Shown here: one piece after another, positions 1-7,594 of the stretch
Layout of the letters: each line of letters begins with the position of its first letter
How positions within the stretch are numbered: position 1 is the stretch's first letter
Assembly (NCBI GenBank): GCA_041485695.1
Contig: JBGPJZ010000004.1
Location: 1 to 46,718, forward strand
Reading direction: 5' to 3'
Origin: Minisyncoccia bacterium
GTDB taxonomy: Bacteria; Patescibacteriota; Minisyncoccia; Phycocordibacterales; Phycocordibacteraceae
Length of the DNA stretch: 46,718 bases
Program-made: the position numbers and the translations under genes
Notes under the pieces: generated by a model
What the model saw: the letters and a program-made list of their open reading frames with translations, nothing else
What the model was told of the DNA's origin: nothing
Databases searched by the model: none

Positions 1-158
1 AAGTGCACCGCGTCGTGGCACTGTTCGAACCCGAGCGCGGCAATTGCTCGATATTATCATGAGCGTTGACGCAGGGGGAATTTCACCCGTCGTTGCCAAA
101 CATGCTGATCATTATTCGGTTCATCTGAAGTGACGGGCGGCGGCATGTTCGCGCGCAC

Positions 159-174
159 GTCCCTGAAATCCCCA
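159..174 (-). repeat. Left copy of 16-bp inverted repeat (TGGGGATTTCAGGGAC on minus strand)
   Basis: Reverse complement of 159-174 matches plus-strand 1770-1785 (TGGGGACTTCAGGGAC) at 15/16 positions. Confidence 0.7.
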
Positions 175-220
175 TGTCCCCCAGAATCCCAATCAATAAC
201 GCCGTCAACCGTACCGTTGC

Positions 221-673
221 TCAATACTCGTCGTAAGGGGGTTTAATCTCGTAAACAAACCCGTCGAATTCGAACATGACGCCTCCCTGATTTGTTTCAC
301 GGCCAAACTCATGTAGGAAATCATGTATTTCCTGCAAGCCAGCTTTGAACGGATCTCTTTTGGTGTGCGTAAACACCAATATAGTTTTTTCCCAAACCTT
401 CTCCGTGAGTTCTTTGCCCGCGGCATCGTTCCTTTTATCCAGATAAAATCCGCTTGCTATTGCGCTGGCGGTCGCACCGCCATTCATCATGCCCAGGAGA
501 TCGAGCACTCGCCTCACCCAACTGTTCCAGTCGGCAAGCAAGACTTGTTGCTCGTTGTCTTTGGCGCGACCTTTGTTCGGAAAATAGATTGTAAAGCGCT
601 CCGCATAGGGAATGCTTCCCCCTACGAGGGCCTTGAGAACCTCCTGGTGATATTCAGATAGGTGCTCCGACAT
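221..673 (-). CDS. Hypothetical protein, possibly PII-like/DUF3574-like small fold
   Basis: 150-aa ORF with G-rich stretch before the ATG; pattern GGAT..ASGFY...E.T.LV...Q..V.FE.DG recalls uncharacterised PII-like proteins (recognition only). Confidence 0.6.
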   Translation of the reverse strand: MSEHLSEYHQEVLKALVGGSIPYAERFTIYFPNKGRAKDNEQQVLLADWNSWVRRVLDLLGMMNGGATASAIASGFYLDKRNDAAGKELTEKVWEKTILVFTHTKRDPFKAGLQEIHDFLHEFGRETNQGGVMFEFDGFVYEIKPPYDEY

Positions 674-708
674 ATGCCCCCGCCGAACGAACTTCAGCTT
701 AAATAAGA

Positions 709-749
709 AAGAGACTTCTCAACGATTGGAGAAGTCTCTTCGTTTTTTT
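709..749 (+). terminator. Intrinsic terminator-like hairpin
   Basis: AAGAGACTTCTC (709-720) / GAGAAGTCTCTT (729-740) perfect 12-bp stem, T7 run at 743-749; A-rich left flank suggests it may be bidirectional. Confidence 0.65.
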
Positions 750-757
750 GTGGACTC

Positions 758-1006
758 CTAGGGGAGAGTTTTCGTTATTCGACCGACGATTTTCGCGCCC
801 ATGGCTTTTGCCAACTCTTCCGGTGTCAATTTCTCCCCTTCGGGTTTTGGAATGTCGATAGTCGCCGCCATTTTCGAAAAAACGCTAGTCGTCTCATGTT
901 TGCTTCGCTCCGCTGCTCTAGCGCGAAGCCGGACGTTCTTTCTCAACTCCTCGGGTGTAATTTCTCCTAAGTCGTTTCCGCCTTCCGTTAGATTTTCAAT
1001 TTCCAT
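758..1006 (-). CDS. Small hypothetical protein (82 aa) with internal GE..TPEEL repeat
   Basis: ATG at 1006 preceded by GAGGAAGG; GEITPEEL and GEKLTPEEL repeats; the longer start at 1234 in the ORF track looks non-coding. Confidence 0.55.
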   Translation of the reverse strand: MEIENLTEGGNDLGEITPEELRKNVRLRARAAERSKHETTSVFSKMAATIDIPKPEGEKLTPEELAKAMGAKIVGRITKTLP

Positions 1007-1498
1007 GCCTTCCTCACGAGAACTGGTCCCGTGAGATATTCTACCATGTACAATTTCTGGAACATTTTCACCCCATTCTGGATTCCCCCCTTTTCTCCCG
1101 AAGGGTAAGAATTTGAGTATCAGAACAGTTCGATTTTGAATCAATCGAACCCAACCGCCACCCTCCGGGCGCGGTGCTGTCGCCGTTGCTCTAATGGCCA
1201 CGAAATGCCCCCATAGTATGCGACGAATAAGCATAGTTGAGCCTCAAATCCCCGGCCCCACCACGCACGGTACATTTACCTTAACCATATCTAGTCATCA
1301 GTAGTGGGGATTTTCAACCCCCATCCAGCATGAAAATGTTGGTAGCGAGCAGCGGTCGCCAGATAGCCCAAAGGAAACCGAACAAGATTGGTGACTTCGG
1401 CATTTATAAAGCGCTGCCAGAGTCTCGACTGATTGCCGAATCACCTTTATCTTTGTACGGATAAACGATACCGCTCATAACTAAGCGGCCTTATTTGT

Positions 1499-1696
1499 AT
1501 GGACCAGAAGTTACGTCCCCAACGTCCCCGTCGTCCTGGTGAACTGTTTATCGACCGCTACATGCCAAACGCCACCGAAGCAGAGCGCGAGGAGGCACTG
1601 AAAAACCTCCAAGACCTGATCGCGATTCTCGTTCGGATTGATGAGCGTCTGGCGCGAGAGATGAAGTTCGAATCCAATAGGGGTTCGGACACCTGA
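1499..1696 (+). CDS. Small helical hypothetical protein (65 aa)
   Basis: ATG-started ORF with protein-like composition, followed by a strong hairpin and convergent on tRNA-Lys. Confidence 0.55.
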   Translation: MDQKLRPQRPRRPGELFIDRYMPNATEAEREEALKNLQDLIAILVRIDERLAREMKFESNRGSDT

Positions 1697-1720
1697 GACA
1701 AAACGGTGCGGACGAGCATC

Positions 1721-1755
1721 AAAACAGAATGGCTCAGTTGAGCCATTTTGTTTTT
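1721..1755. terminator. Bidirectional terminator hairpin between the 65-aa ORF and tRNA-Lys
   Basis: AAAACAGAATGGCTCA-GT-TGAGCCATTTTGTTTT, near-perfect inverted repeat with A and T tracts at the ends. Confidence 0.75.
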
Positions 1756-1769
1756 ACCCGCGGGGATTT

Positions 1770-1785
1770 TGGGGACTTCAGGGAC
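1770..1785 (+). repeat. Right copy of 16-bp inverted repeat, within a ~9-bp periodic GGGA(C/T)TT run
   Basis: GGGGATTTT-GGGGACTTC-AGGGACTTG at 1762-1788; the repeat ends 13 bp from the tRNA 3' end. Confidence 0.7.
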
Positions 1786-1798
1786 TTGTTTGAAGGGG

Positions 1799-1871
1799 TG
1801 CGCCCACCTGGATTCGAACCAGGGACCAACTCCTTAAAAGGGAGCTGCTCTACCAACTGAGCTATGGGCGC
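1799..1871 (-). tRNA. tRNA-Lys (anticodon UUU), CCA not encoded
   Basis: Minus strand reads GCGCCCATAGCTCAGTTGGTAGAGCAGCTCC-CTTTTAA-GGAGTTGGTCCCTGGTTCGAATCCAGGTGGGCGCA; cloverleaf with TTCGAAT T-loop. Confidence 0.97.
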
Positions 1872-1882
1872 ATGACTCAAAA

Positions 1883-2527
1883 CTAGACCGAAAGAGCGAA
1901 TTTCTCAAGCGCATACTCAAGAGTAGCACCTGTGCGACGCGCGTCTTGAAGGACCTGTATCAGCTCCAAAGAGAGCGCGCGAGCATCGGCAGCGCTCCAT
2001 ATGCGGCTACCCTTTTCTATCAAATCGCGCGCTTTCCAATGAAGAAGGCCATGGAGCATCTCCGGTGCGTCACCTGCGTCAAGGGCTCGCACGACTTCGA
2101 GCCACAGCTTCTCGCGGCTCTTTGTCGCAAGAGCATTCACTAGGCCGAAATTAAAGCCGCGGCGCTCTTCGATTTCTTTCGCAGTGAACTCGTACGCTTT
2201 CGCGGCTTTTGAGAGAATCTTCTTCGCGTGCGCAGATGAAAGCCTCGGGGCAAGCACCACGATGGCATTGTCGGACCTCGCGAGCGCATCAATATGCTCT
2301 TCGACGAGTGCCGGATCGTCGCTGTATGGGTCATCGAGCAATACGAGGAGCCGCTTTACGAAGAGCCCGCCTGAATGAGCGGCGTCTTCAAGCGCGCTTA
2401 GCGTCAGCTCTTCGCGAGAAAGGCGTACGTACGCGAGACCGGGTTGCTTTTTTCGCGCGGCTTCGACCCATTCGAAAGCCTTCATTCTCGCCTTGTGTTC
2501 GTCCGAGCCGTGAAAAAGATAGATCAC
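1883..2527 (-). CDS. holA: DNA polymerase III delta subunit-like (short form, ~214 aa)
   Basis: N-terminal IYLFHGSD, GLF..RLLVL and C-terminal LEKFAL patterns; GTG start 6 nt after TGcTACACT. Confidence 0.7.
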   Translation of the reverse strand: MIYLFHGSDEHKARMKAFEWVEAARKKQPGLAYVRLSREELTLSALEDAAHSGGLFVKRLLVLLDDPYSDDPALVEEHIDALARSDNAIVVLAPRLSSAHAKKILSKAAKAYEFTAKEIEERRGFNFGLVNALATKSREKLWLEVVRALDAGDAPEMLHGLLHWKARDLIEKGSRIWSAADARALSLELIQVLQDARRTGATLEYALEKFALSV

Positions 2528-2543
2528 CACTACAGTGTAGCAA

Positions 2544-2565
2544 AAAGGCGCCGAAGGGCGCCTTT
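2544..2565 (-). terminator. Terminator hairpin after the 37-aa micro-ORF
   Basis: AAAGGCGCC-GAAG-GGCGCCTTT; minus strand ends in a T5 run. Confidence 0.65.
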
Positions 2566-2579
2566 CCGCACAACTCGAT

Positions 2580-2693
2580 TCAATAATACGGACCGCGATC
2601 ACTCTTCCCGTGCTTGTGAAGTATATGGCCGAGCCCCAAGGCACCTAGAAAAGCGAGGACGAGCCACACTGCAAGCCCTATAAGGATATGCAT
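2580..2693 (-). CDS. 37-aa single-TM micro-protein (not in ORF track)
   Basis: MHILIGLAVWLVLAFLGALGLGHILHKHGKSDRGPYY; AGGAGG SD upstream; downstream terminator hairpin. Confidence 0.65.
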   Translation of the reverse strand: MHILIGLAVWLVLAFLGALGLGHILHKHGKSDRGPYY

Positions 2694-2741
2694 GGTTCCC
2701 TCCTATCCTGACACTAGTAAACCATGTTTTGAGGATCGAAG

Positions 2742-5120
2742 CTACGCGGGGTGCATATCGCCCCAATTCGGCCCCACCTTCATCTCGGCCGTGATGGGCA
2801 CCCCGCTCGTCTCCTCAGGCGTGAGTACGGACTCCATGATTTCTTTAATCTTGGCGGCGATCTTTTTTACTTTTTCAGTACGAATTTCATACACGAGCTC
2901 GTCATGCACCTGGAGAACGAGATGGGCGTCTTCTCGCAGATTTTCTCGACGAAGCCATCCGTCAACCCGTACCATCGCGAGTTTGATGACGTCGCCTTCG
3001 GTCCCTTGGATGGGCGCGTTGATCGCCATGCGTTCCGCTTGCGCTCGCACGTATGGCAGAGGCGACTTCATCTCGGGGAATTGCCGGCGACGGCCGAAGA
3101 GGGTCTCGGTGTAGCCGTATTTGCGTGCGAATCCTTTCGTTCGTTCCAAATATTCAGAAAGCTTCTTGAAGGTTGAAAAATAATTCTCGAGATACTGGTG
3201 CGCTTCGGCCGTGGTGGAGCCGAGCTGCGCCCGGAGCGCGTTCACACCCATGCCGTAGAGGATGCCGAAGTTGATAACCTTGGCTCTTCGACGCATTTCC
3301 AAATCAACTTTCTCCGGTGTAACACCAAACACCATCGCCGCGACCTCACGGTGAACGTCGCGTCCGTTCTTAAATACTGCAGAGAGTTTCTCGTCTTTCG
3401 AGAGAATGGCGGCGAGACGCAATTCTATCTGTGAATAGTCGATTTCGAGGAGAGAGAACCCTTCTGGGGAGACAAAAGCGTGTCGAATCGCCTTGCCCCG
3501 CTCGGAGTGGAGCGGGATATTCTGCAGATTCGGGTTCTGGGACGACATCCTCCCCGTTGTCGTCCCCATTTGGAGGAACTCGGCATGGAGCCGGTGAGTA
3601 ATGTCGAGCAGCGGCGGGAGATTCTCGATGTATGTCGAAAGGAGTTTCTTTATTTCGCGATACTCGAGTATGTCGCTTACGATTGGATGCTCGCTCCGCA
3701 GTTTCTCAAGTTCAGACTCTTTGGTTGAACGCGCACCGCCAGCTGTCTTTTTTTGATTCTCTGGCGTAAGGCCAAGCTCGTCAAAGAGCACCGCACCGAG
3801 CTGCTGAGGCGACCCCACGTTAAATTCATGCCCGGCTGCCTTGTAGATACGTTTTTCAATTCCGACGAGCTCGGCTCGGTAGCGTTTCGCGAGATCCGCT
3901 AGTACCGACGTGTCGACAAGGACGCCGTGCTTCTCCATAGCTTCGACCACGGAGATAAGCGGCTTCTCGATTTTTTCATATACTTCTTTTACGCGGCCGG
4001 CATCGGCAATCTGTTTTTCAAGCTCCTTATACGCCTTCTCGAACTCGCGCTCTTTCGTGAAGGCCAAAATATCAGCAAGGCTCGGGTTCGTGAACTCTGA
4101 CGAAATAAGCCAGAGCATCACTTGCGCCTCTTTAAGGCGTGTCGGGTCAATTTTCTCCTCAGGGAAGAGTTCGTTCTCGCGCTCCTCCTTATCGCTCTTG
4201 CCGAGCGCTCCGTGTGCCCGGTCGCGAAGCGAACGAAATCCGAACTCGTTGAAAAGCTCGAGAACTTTCTCGATATTCACCCCCTCGCGCCACTTTTCTT
4301 CAGGAAGAGCAAAGGCAATCGGTGCATCTGTACGTATCAAGGCGAGCATCTTTGAGAACTCTGCATCCTCCTTATGCTCCTTAAGAAGGTTTATCATGCG
4401 CGGCTTTATCCCAGCCTTGAGGAAGGCCTTCTCATTCTTCCCTAACTTTTTATAGATATCTTCAAGGGAGCCAAATGTGGTGATAAGTTCGGTCGCCGTC
4501 TTTTCCCCTATCCCCGGGACACCTTTTATATTGTCTGAGGGGTCACCACGGAGCCCTTTCCAGTCCGGCACGAGCTTGGGGCCAAAACCGTAGCGAGCTT
4601 TCACCGCCGCCTCGTCATAGAGCATCGTGTCATTGATACCCTTCTTGAGGGTGTAGACGCGTACGCGCTTATCGTCGACAAGCTGGAGCATGTCCATATC
4701 GCCTGATGCGATGATAACGTCGACCCCCTTATGCACCGCCATCTCATGCGCAATGGTACCGAGGAGGTCGTCTGCCTCGAACCCCTCCCGTTCAAACGTT
4801 GGTATCGAAAAAGCCTTGAACACCTTGCGCGATTCTTTGATTTGCGCTGAAAGCGCGTCGTCAGTCTTTGCGCGGGTTGCCTTGTATCCCTCGTAGGCCT
4901 CGTGACGGATGGTCGGTCTTGCGAGATCATAGCAAGCAGCGATGTAGTCGGGCTTGAGGTCGGTAATAATCTTAAGGAGCATCGCCACGAGGCCGTAGAG
5001 GGCGCCGGTGGGCTGCCCTTGTGGGCCAGTAAAATCTGGCAGGGCATGGTAGGCGCGGTGGATAATCGCGAGAGTATCTAAAAGAACAATCCTCTTTTGG
5101 TCTTTCGATTTCTTAGCCAT
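2742..5120 (-). CDS. polA: DNA polymerase I (5'-3' exonuclease + polymerase; 3'-5' exonuclease domain missing)
   Basis: EADD, SGDMD, GDPSDNIKGVPGIGEKTA, TGRMSSQNPNLQNIP, DYSQIELR, AKVINFGILYG, QVHDELVYE; start at MAKK overlaps tsaE stop. Confidence 0.97.
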   Translation of the reverse strand: MAKKSKDQKRIVLLDTLAIIHRAYHALPDFTGPQGQPTGALYGLVAMLLKIITDLKPDYIAACYDLARPTIRHEAYEGYKATRAKTDDALSAQIKESRKVFKAFSIPTFEREGFEADDLLGTIAHEMAVHKGVDVIIASGDMDMLQLVDDKRVRVYTLKKGINDTMLYDEAAVKARYGFGPKLVPDWKGLRGDPSDNIKGVPGIGEKTATELITTFGSLEDIYKKLGKNEKAFLKAGIKPRMINLLKEHKEDAEFSKMLALIRTDAPIAFALPEEKWREGVNIEKVLELFNEFGFRSLRDRAHGALGKSDKEERENELFPEEKIDPTRLKEAQVMLWLISSEFTNPSLADILAFTKEREFEKAYKELEKQIADAGRVKEVYEKIEKPLISVVEAMEKHGVLVDTSVLADLAKRYRAELVGIEKRIYKAAGHEFNVGSPQQLGAVLFDELGLTPENQKKTAGGARSTKESELEKLRSEHPIVSDILEYREIKKLLSTYIENLPPLLDITHRLHAEFLQMGTTTGRMSSQNPNLQNIPLHSERGKAIRHAFVSPEGFSLLEIDYSQIELRLAAILSKDEKLSAVFKNGRDVHREVAAMVFGVTPEKVDLEMRRRAKVINFGILYGMGVNALRAQLGSTTAEAHQYLENYFSTFKKLSEYLERTKGFARKYGYTETLFGRRRQFPEMKSPLPYVRAQAERMAINAPIQGTEGDVIKLAMVRVDGWLRRENLREDAHLVLQVHDELVYEIRTEKVKKIAAKIKEIMESVLTPEETSGVPITAEMKVGPNWGDMHPA

Positions 5121-5547
5121 AGGTGATTGCGCGTGAGCCATCAGGGAGCATGAGGAGTGAAATCGAGACTGTGGCTTTCGGGAGCATCTCGTGCACTCGT
5201 TCGGGCCACTCGAGCATAACCAAATTATTCGGGTCTTTCATAACCTCGTCAAAACCGAGCGCCGCGAGGCTTTCACCCGCCTCAAGGCGATACGCGTCGA
5301 TGTGCACCAGTTTTTTAAACGCTTTATTCGAGAGCACATACACCTTTTCTAAAACAAACGTGGGGCTAGTGACGATATCCTCGACTCCGAACGCGCGCGC
5401 GGATGCTTTCACAAACGCGGTCTTCCCTGCCCCGAGTTCACCCGAGAGCGTAACCAAGGTTGCACCGTTTGGAAGAGGAGCGAGACCTTGGGTAAATGCG
5501 GATGCCTCGGCATTAAGCACAGTGATATCTTTCAAAATCTTTTCCAC
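5113..5547 (-). CDS. tsaE: tRNA threonylcarbamoyladenosine biosynthesis ATPase
   Basis: LSGELGAGKT, VTSPTF, HIDAYRL, LEWPE motifs. Confidence 0.95.
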   Translation of the reverse strand: MEKILKDITVLNAEASAFTQGLAPLPNGATLVTLSGELGAGKTAFVKASARAFGVEDIVTSPTFVLEKVYVLSNKAFKKLVHIDAYRLEAGESLAALGFDEVMKDPNNLVMLEWPERVHEMLPKATVSISLLMLPDGSRAITYG

Positions 5548-5576
5548 CTCGTAATTGTACTCCTCAAATATAGAAA

Positions 5577-5610
5577 GCGCCCCGTCCTCGATACTATGAG
5601 GACGGGGCGC
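5577..5610 (-). terminator. Terminator hairpin after the small lipoprotein gene
   Basis: 13-bp perfect stem GCGCCCCGTCCTC / GAGGACGGGGCGC followed by TTTCTAT on the minus strand. Confidence 0.7.
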
Positions 5611-5634
5611 CGGCCGAGGGGAGTCAGCCGAAAT

Positions 5635-5841
5635 TCAGCGGATGACGAAGAAACCATAACCTATCGGCGGATAGCCGAGTCCGACACAGGTTCGGCCATC
5701 GATTGAAACGACCGCGTTGCCAGGCATAAAGCACTTGTTGCCCAAGACGGCGTCAGGATTCGGATAGCCCCGAAAGGCCTCTGTTACTGCACACCCTGAA
5801 AGAAGGACACCGCAGACAGCTAGTAGTAAAGACATGCGCAT
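5635..5841 (-). CDS. Small putative lipoprotein
   Basis: Hydrophobic N-terminus with lipobox LLSGC; two further Cys in the mature part; own downstream terminator. Confidence 0.6.
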   Translation of the reverse strand: MRMSLLLAVCGVLLSGCAVTEAFRGYPNPDAVLGNKCFMPGNAVVSIDGRTCVGLGYPPIGYGFFVIR

Positions 5842-5929
5842 GGGTTTGCCCCCAAAGTTGCAGACTATAATTTAGCATATACATGTGTTCCTGTCAAGCA
5901 TTACAGCCAAGGGTGGTATCATGCGTTTT

Positions 5930-7594
5930 ATGAGTTTTGACACCGATGCCGAGGACGCGAAGCTCGCTGCTATGCGAGAGAGCGAGGAGGAGGACGTCGT
6001 TAGGATACTCTCCGACAAATACAGTCTTGCCTACGCCGACCTCTCCCTCACCCCGATTGACACCGAAGCTCTGCGAGTCATACCTGAAGAGAAGGCGCGC
6101 ACGGCCGAGACGGCAGCATTCGAGAAATCAGGAGTACACCTCTCGCTCGCGGTTCGCAATCCCAACAACCCGGCTCTCGCTCTCTTGTTAGCCGACCTCG
6201 AAAACCGCAACTTTGTCCTCAAACAATTCCTTGTCTCGCAAAAGAGCATCGATAAAGCGCTCGCGCGCTACGCTGAACTCTCATACGTCACTCAGAGCAA
6301 GACCGGCGTCTTCGACATCAGTAGCGATGTGCTCAAGAAGTTAGCGGAAAAGATTGCTTCGCTTGCGAGCCTCAAGGCTGAGCTTGACGCAGCGAAGGGA
6401 GAAAAGGCGCTCGACCGCGTCTCTCGCACCATCGAGGTCGTGCTCGCGAGTGCGCTCTCCTTGAAAGCCTCGGATATCCATTTTGAGCCTGAAGAGGATC
6501 GAGTCCGGCTCCGGCTCCGGCTCGACGGCATTCTCACCGATGCGTACTTTTTCGACCATCCAACGTATCACCTCGTTTCCTCACGCATCAAATTACTTTC
6601 GGGGGTTAAGATAAACGTCGTGAACCGCGCGCAGGATGGGCGCTTTTCGATTCAAGCTGGCGAGAACGAGATTGAAATCCGCGCTTCATTTATCCCCGAC
6701 CCGTATGGAGAATCAGTCGTGCTCCGCGTGCTTGACCCGAGCGCACTCAACCTTTCAATCGACTCACTTGGCATTAACCAGAAGCTCCTTGAACGCCTTA
6801 AAAAGGAAATCCGGCGATCGAACGGGATGCTCCTCACTACGGGTCCTACCGGGTCAGGCAAGACGACCGCGCTCTACACCTTCATAAAAGATATCCAGAC
6901 GCCCGATATTAAAATCATCACCATCGAAGACCCTATCGAGTACCGCCTCGCGGGCGTCGTTCAAACACAAGCTGACGGCAAGGAATACACCTTCGCCAAA
7001 GGGCTCCGCTCCATCGTCCGGCAGGACCCTGATGTCATCATGGTGGGCGAGATACGCGACGGAGAGACCGCAAACATCGCCATCGAAGCCGCGCTCACAG
7101 GGCACTTTGTCTTCTCGACCCTACACACCAATAATGCGGCAGGGACCTTTCCTCGCCTCGTCGATCTCGGCGCTGACCCAAAGTCATTCGGCTCGGCTAT
7201 CACCGTTTCGATGGCACAACGTCTTATACGCCAGCTCGACCCAGAACGTAAGAAAGAGCGCCCGACAACCGACAGAGAGAGAAAAATGATTGAAAAATTA
7301 TTCAAAGGCGTTGCCGACACGTCCTTGGTGCCTCAAGAGGCTAAAAAAGTCTGGGGTCCGGTGCCGGATGACGAGCACACGGGTTACAAGAGCCGCACCG
7401 GCATCCACGAGGCGATATTTATGGACGACGAACTCGCGACTCTCCTCCGCGATAACCCGCCCGAGCACGAAATAGCGAAGAGCGTCATACGCCAGGGCTA
7501 TCTCACGATGGCGCAAGAGGGTGTTGCAAAAGCTCTCGCTGGAATGACCTCACTCGATGAAGTCGCCAAGACTGTTGACCTCCCTTACGAATAG
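5930..7594 (+). CDS. pilB: PilB/GspE-family type IV pilus assembly ATPase
   Basis: ASDIHFEP, QDGRF, Walker A GPTGSGKT, TIEDPIEY, RQDPDVIMVGEIRD, LTGHFVFSTLH; start chosen 7 nt after TGgTATCAT. Confidence 0.9.
   Translation: MSFDTDAEDAKLAAMRESEEEDVVRILSDKYSLAYADLSLTPIDTEALRVIPEEKARTAETAAFEKSGVHLSLAVRNPNNPALALLLADLENRNFVLKQFLVSQKSIDKALARYAELSYVTQSKTGVFDISSDVLKKLAEKIASLASLKAELDAAKGEKALDRVSRTIEVVLASALSLKASDIHFEPEEDRVRLRLRLDGILTDAYFFDHPTYHLVSSRIKLLSGVKINVVNRAQDGRFSIQAGENEIEIRASFIPDPYGESVVLRVLDPSALNLSIDSLGINQKLLERLKKEIRRSNGMLLTTGPTGSGKTTALYTFIKDIQTPDIKIITIEDPIEYRLAGVVQTQADGKEYTFAKGLRSIVRQDPDVIMVGEIRDGETANIAIEAALTGHFVFSTLHTNNAAGTFPRLVDLGADPKSFGSAITVSMAQRLIRQLDPERKKERPTTDRERKMIEKLFKGVADTSLVPQEAKKVWGPVPDDEHTGYKSRTGIHEAIFMDDELATLLRDNPPEHEIAKSVIRQGYLTMAQEGVAKALAGMTSLDEVAKTVDLPYE

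Noticed and set aside
17-40. GGTTCGAA T-loop-like motif as a tRNA remnant or att site
   Set aside because: Flanks do not match the tRNA-Lys 3' end and no cloverleaf forms
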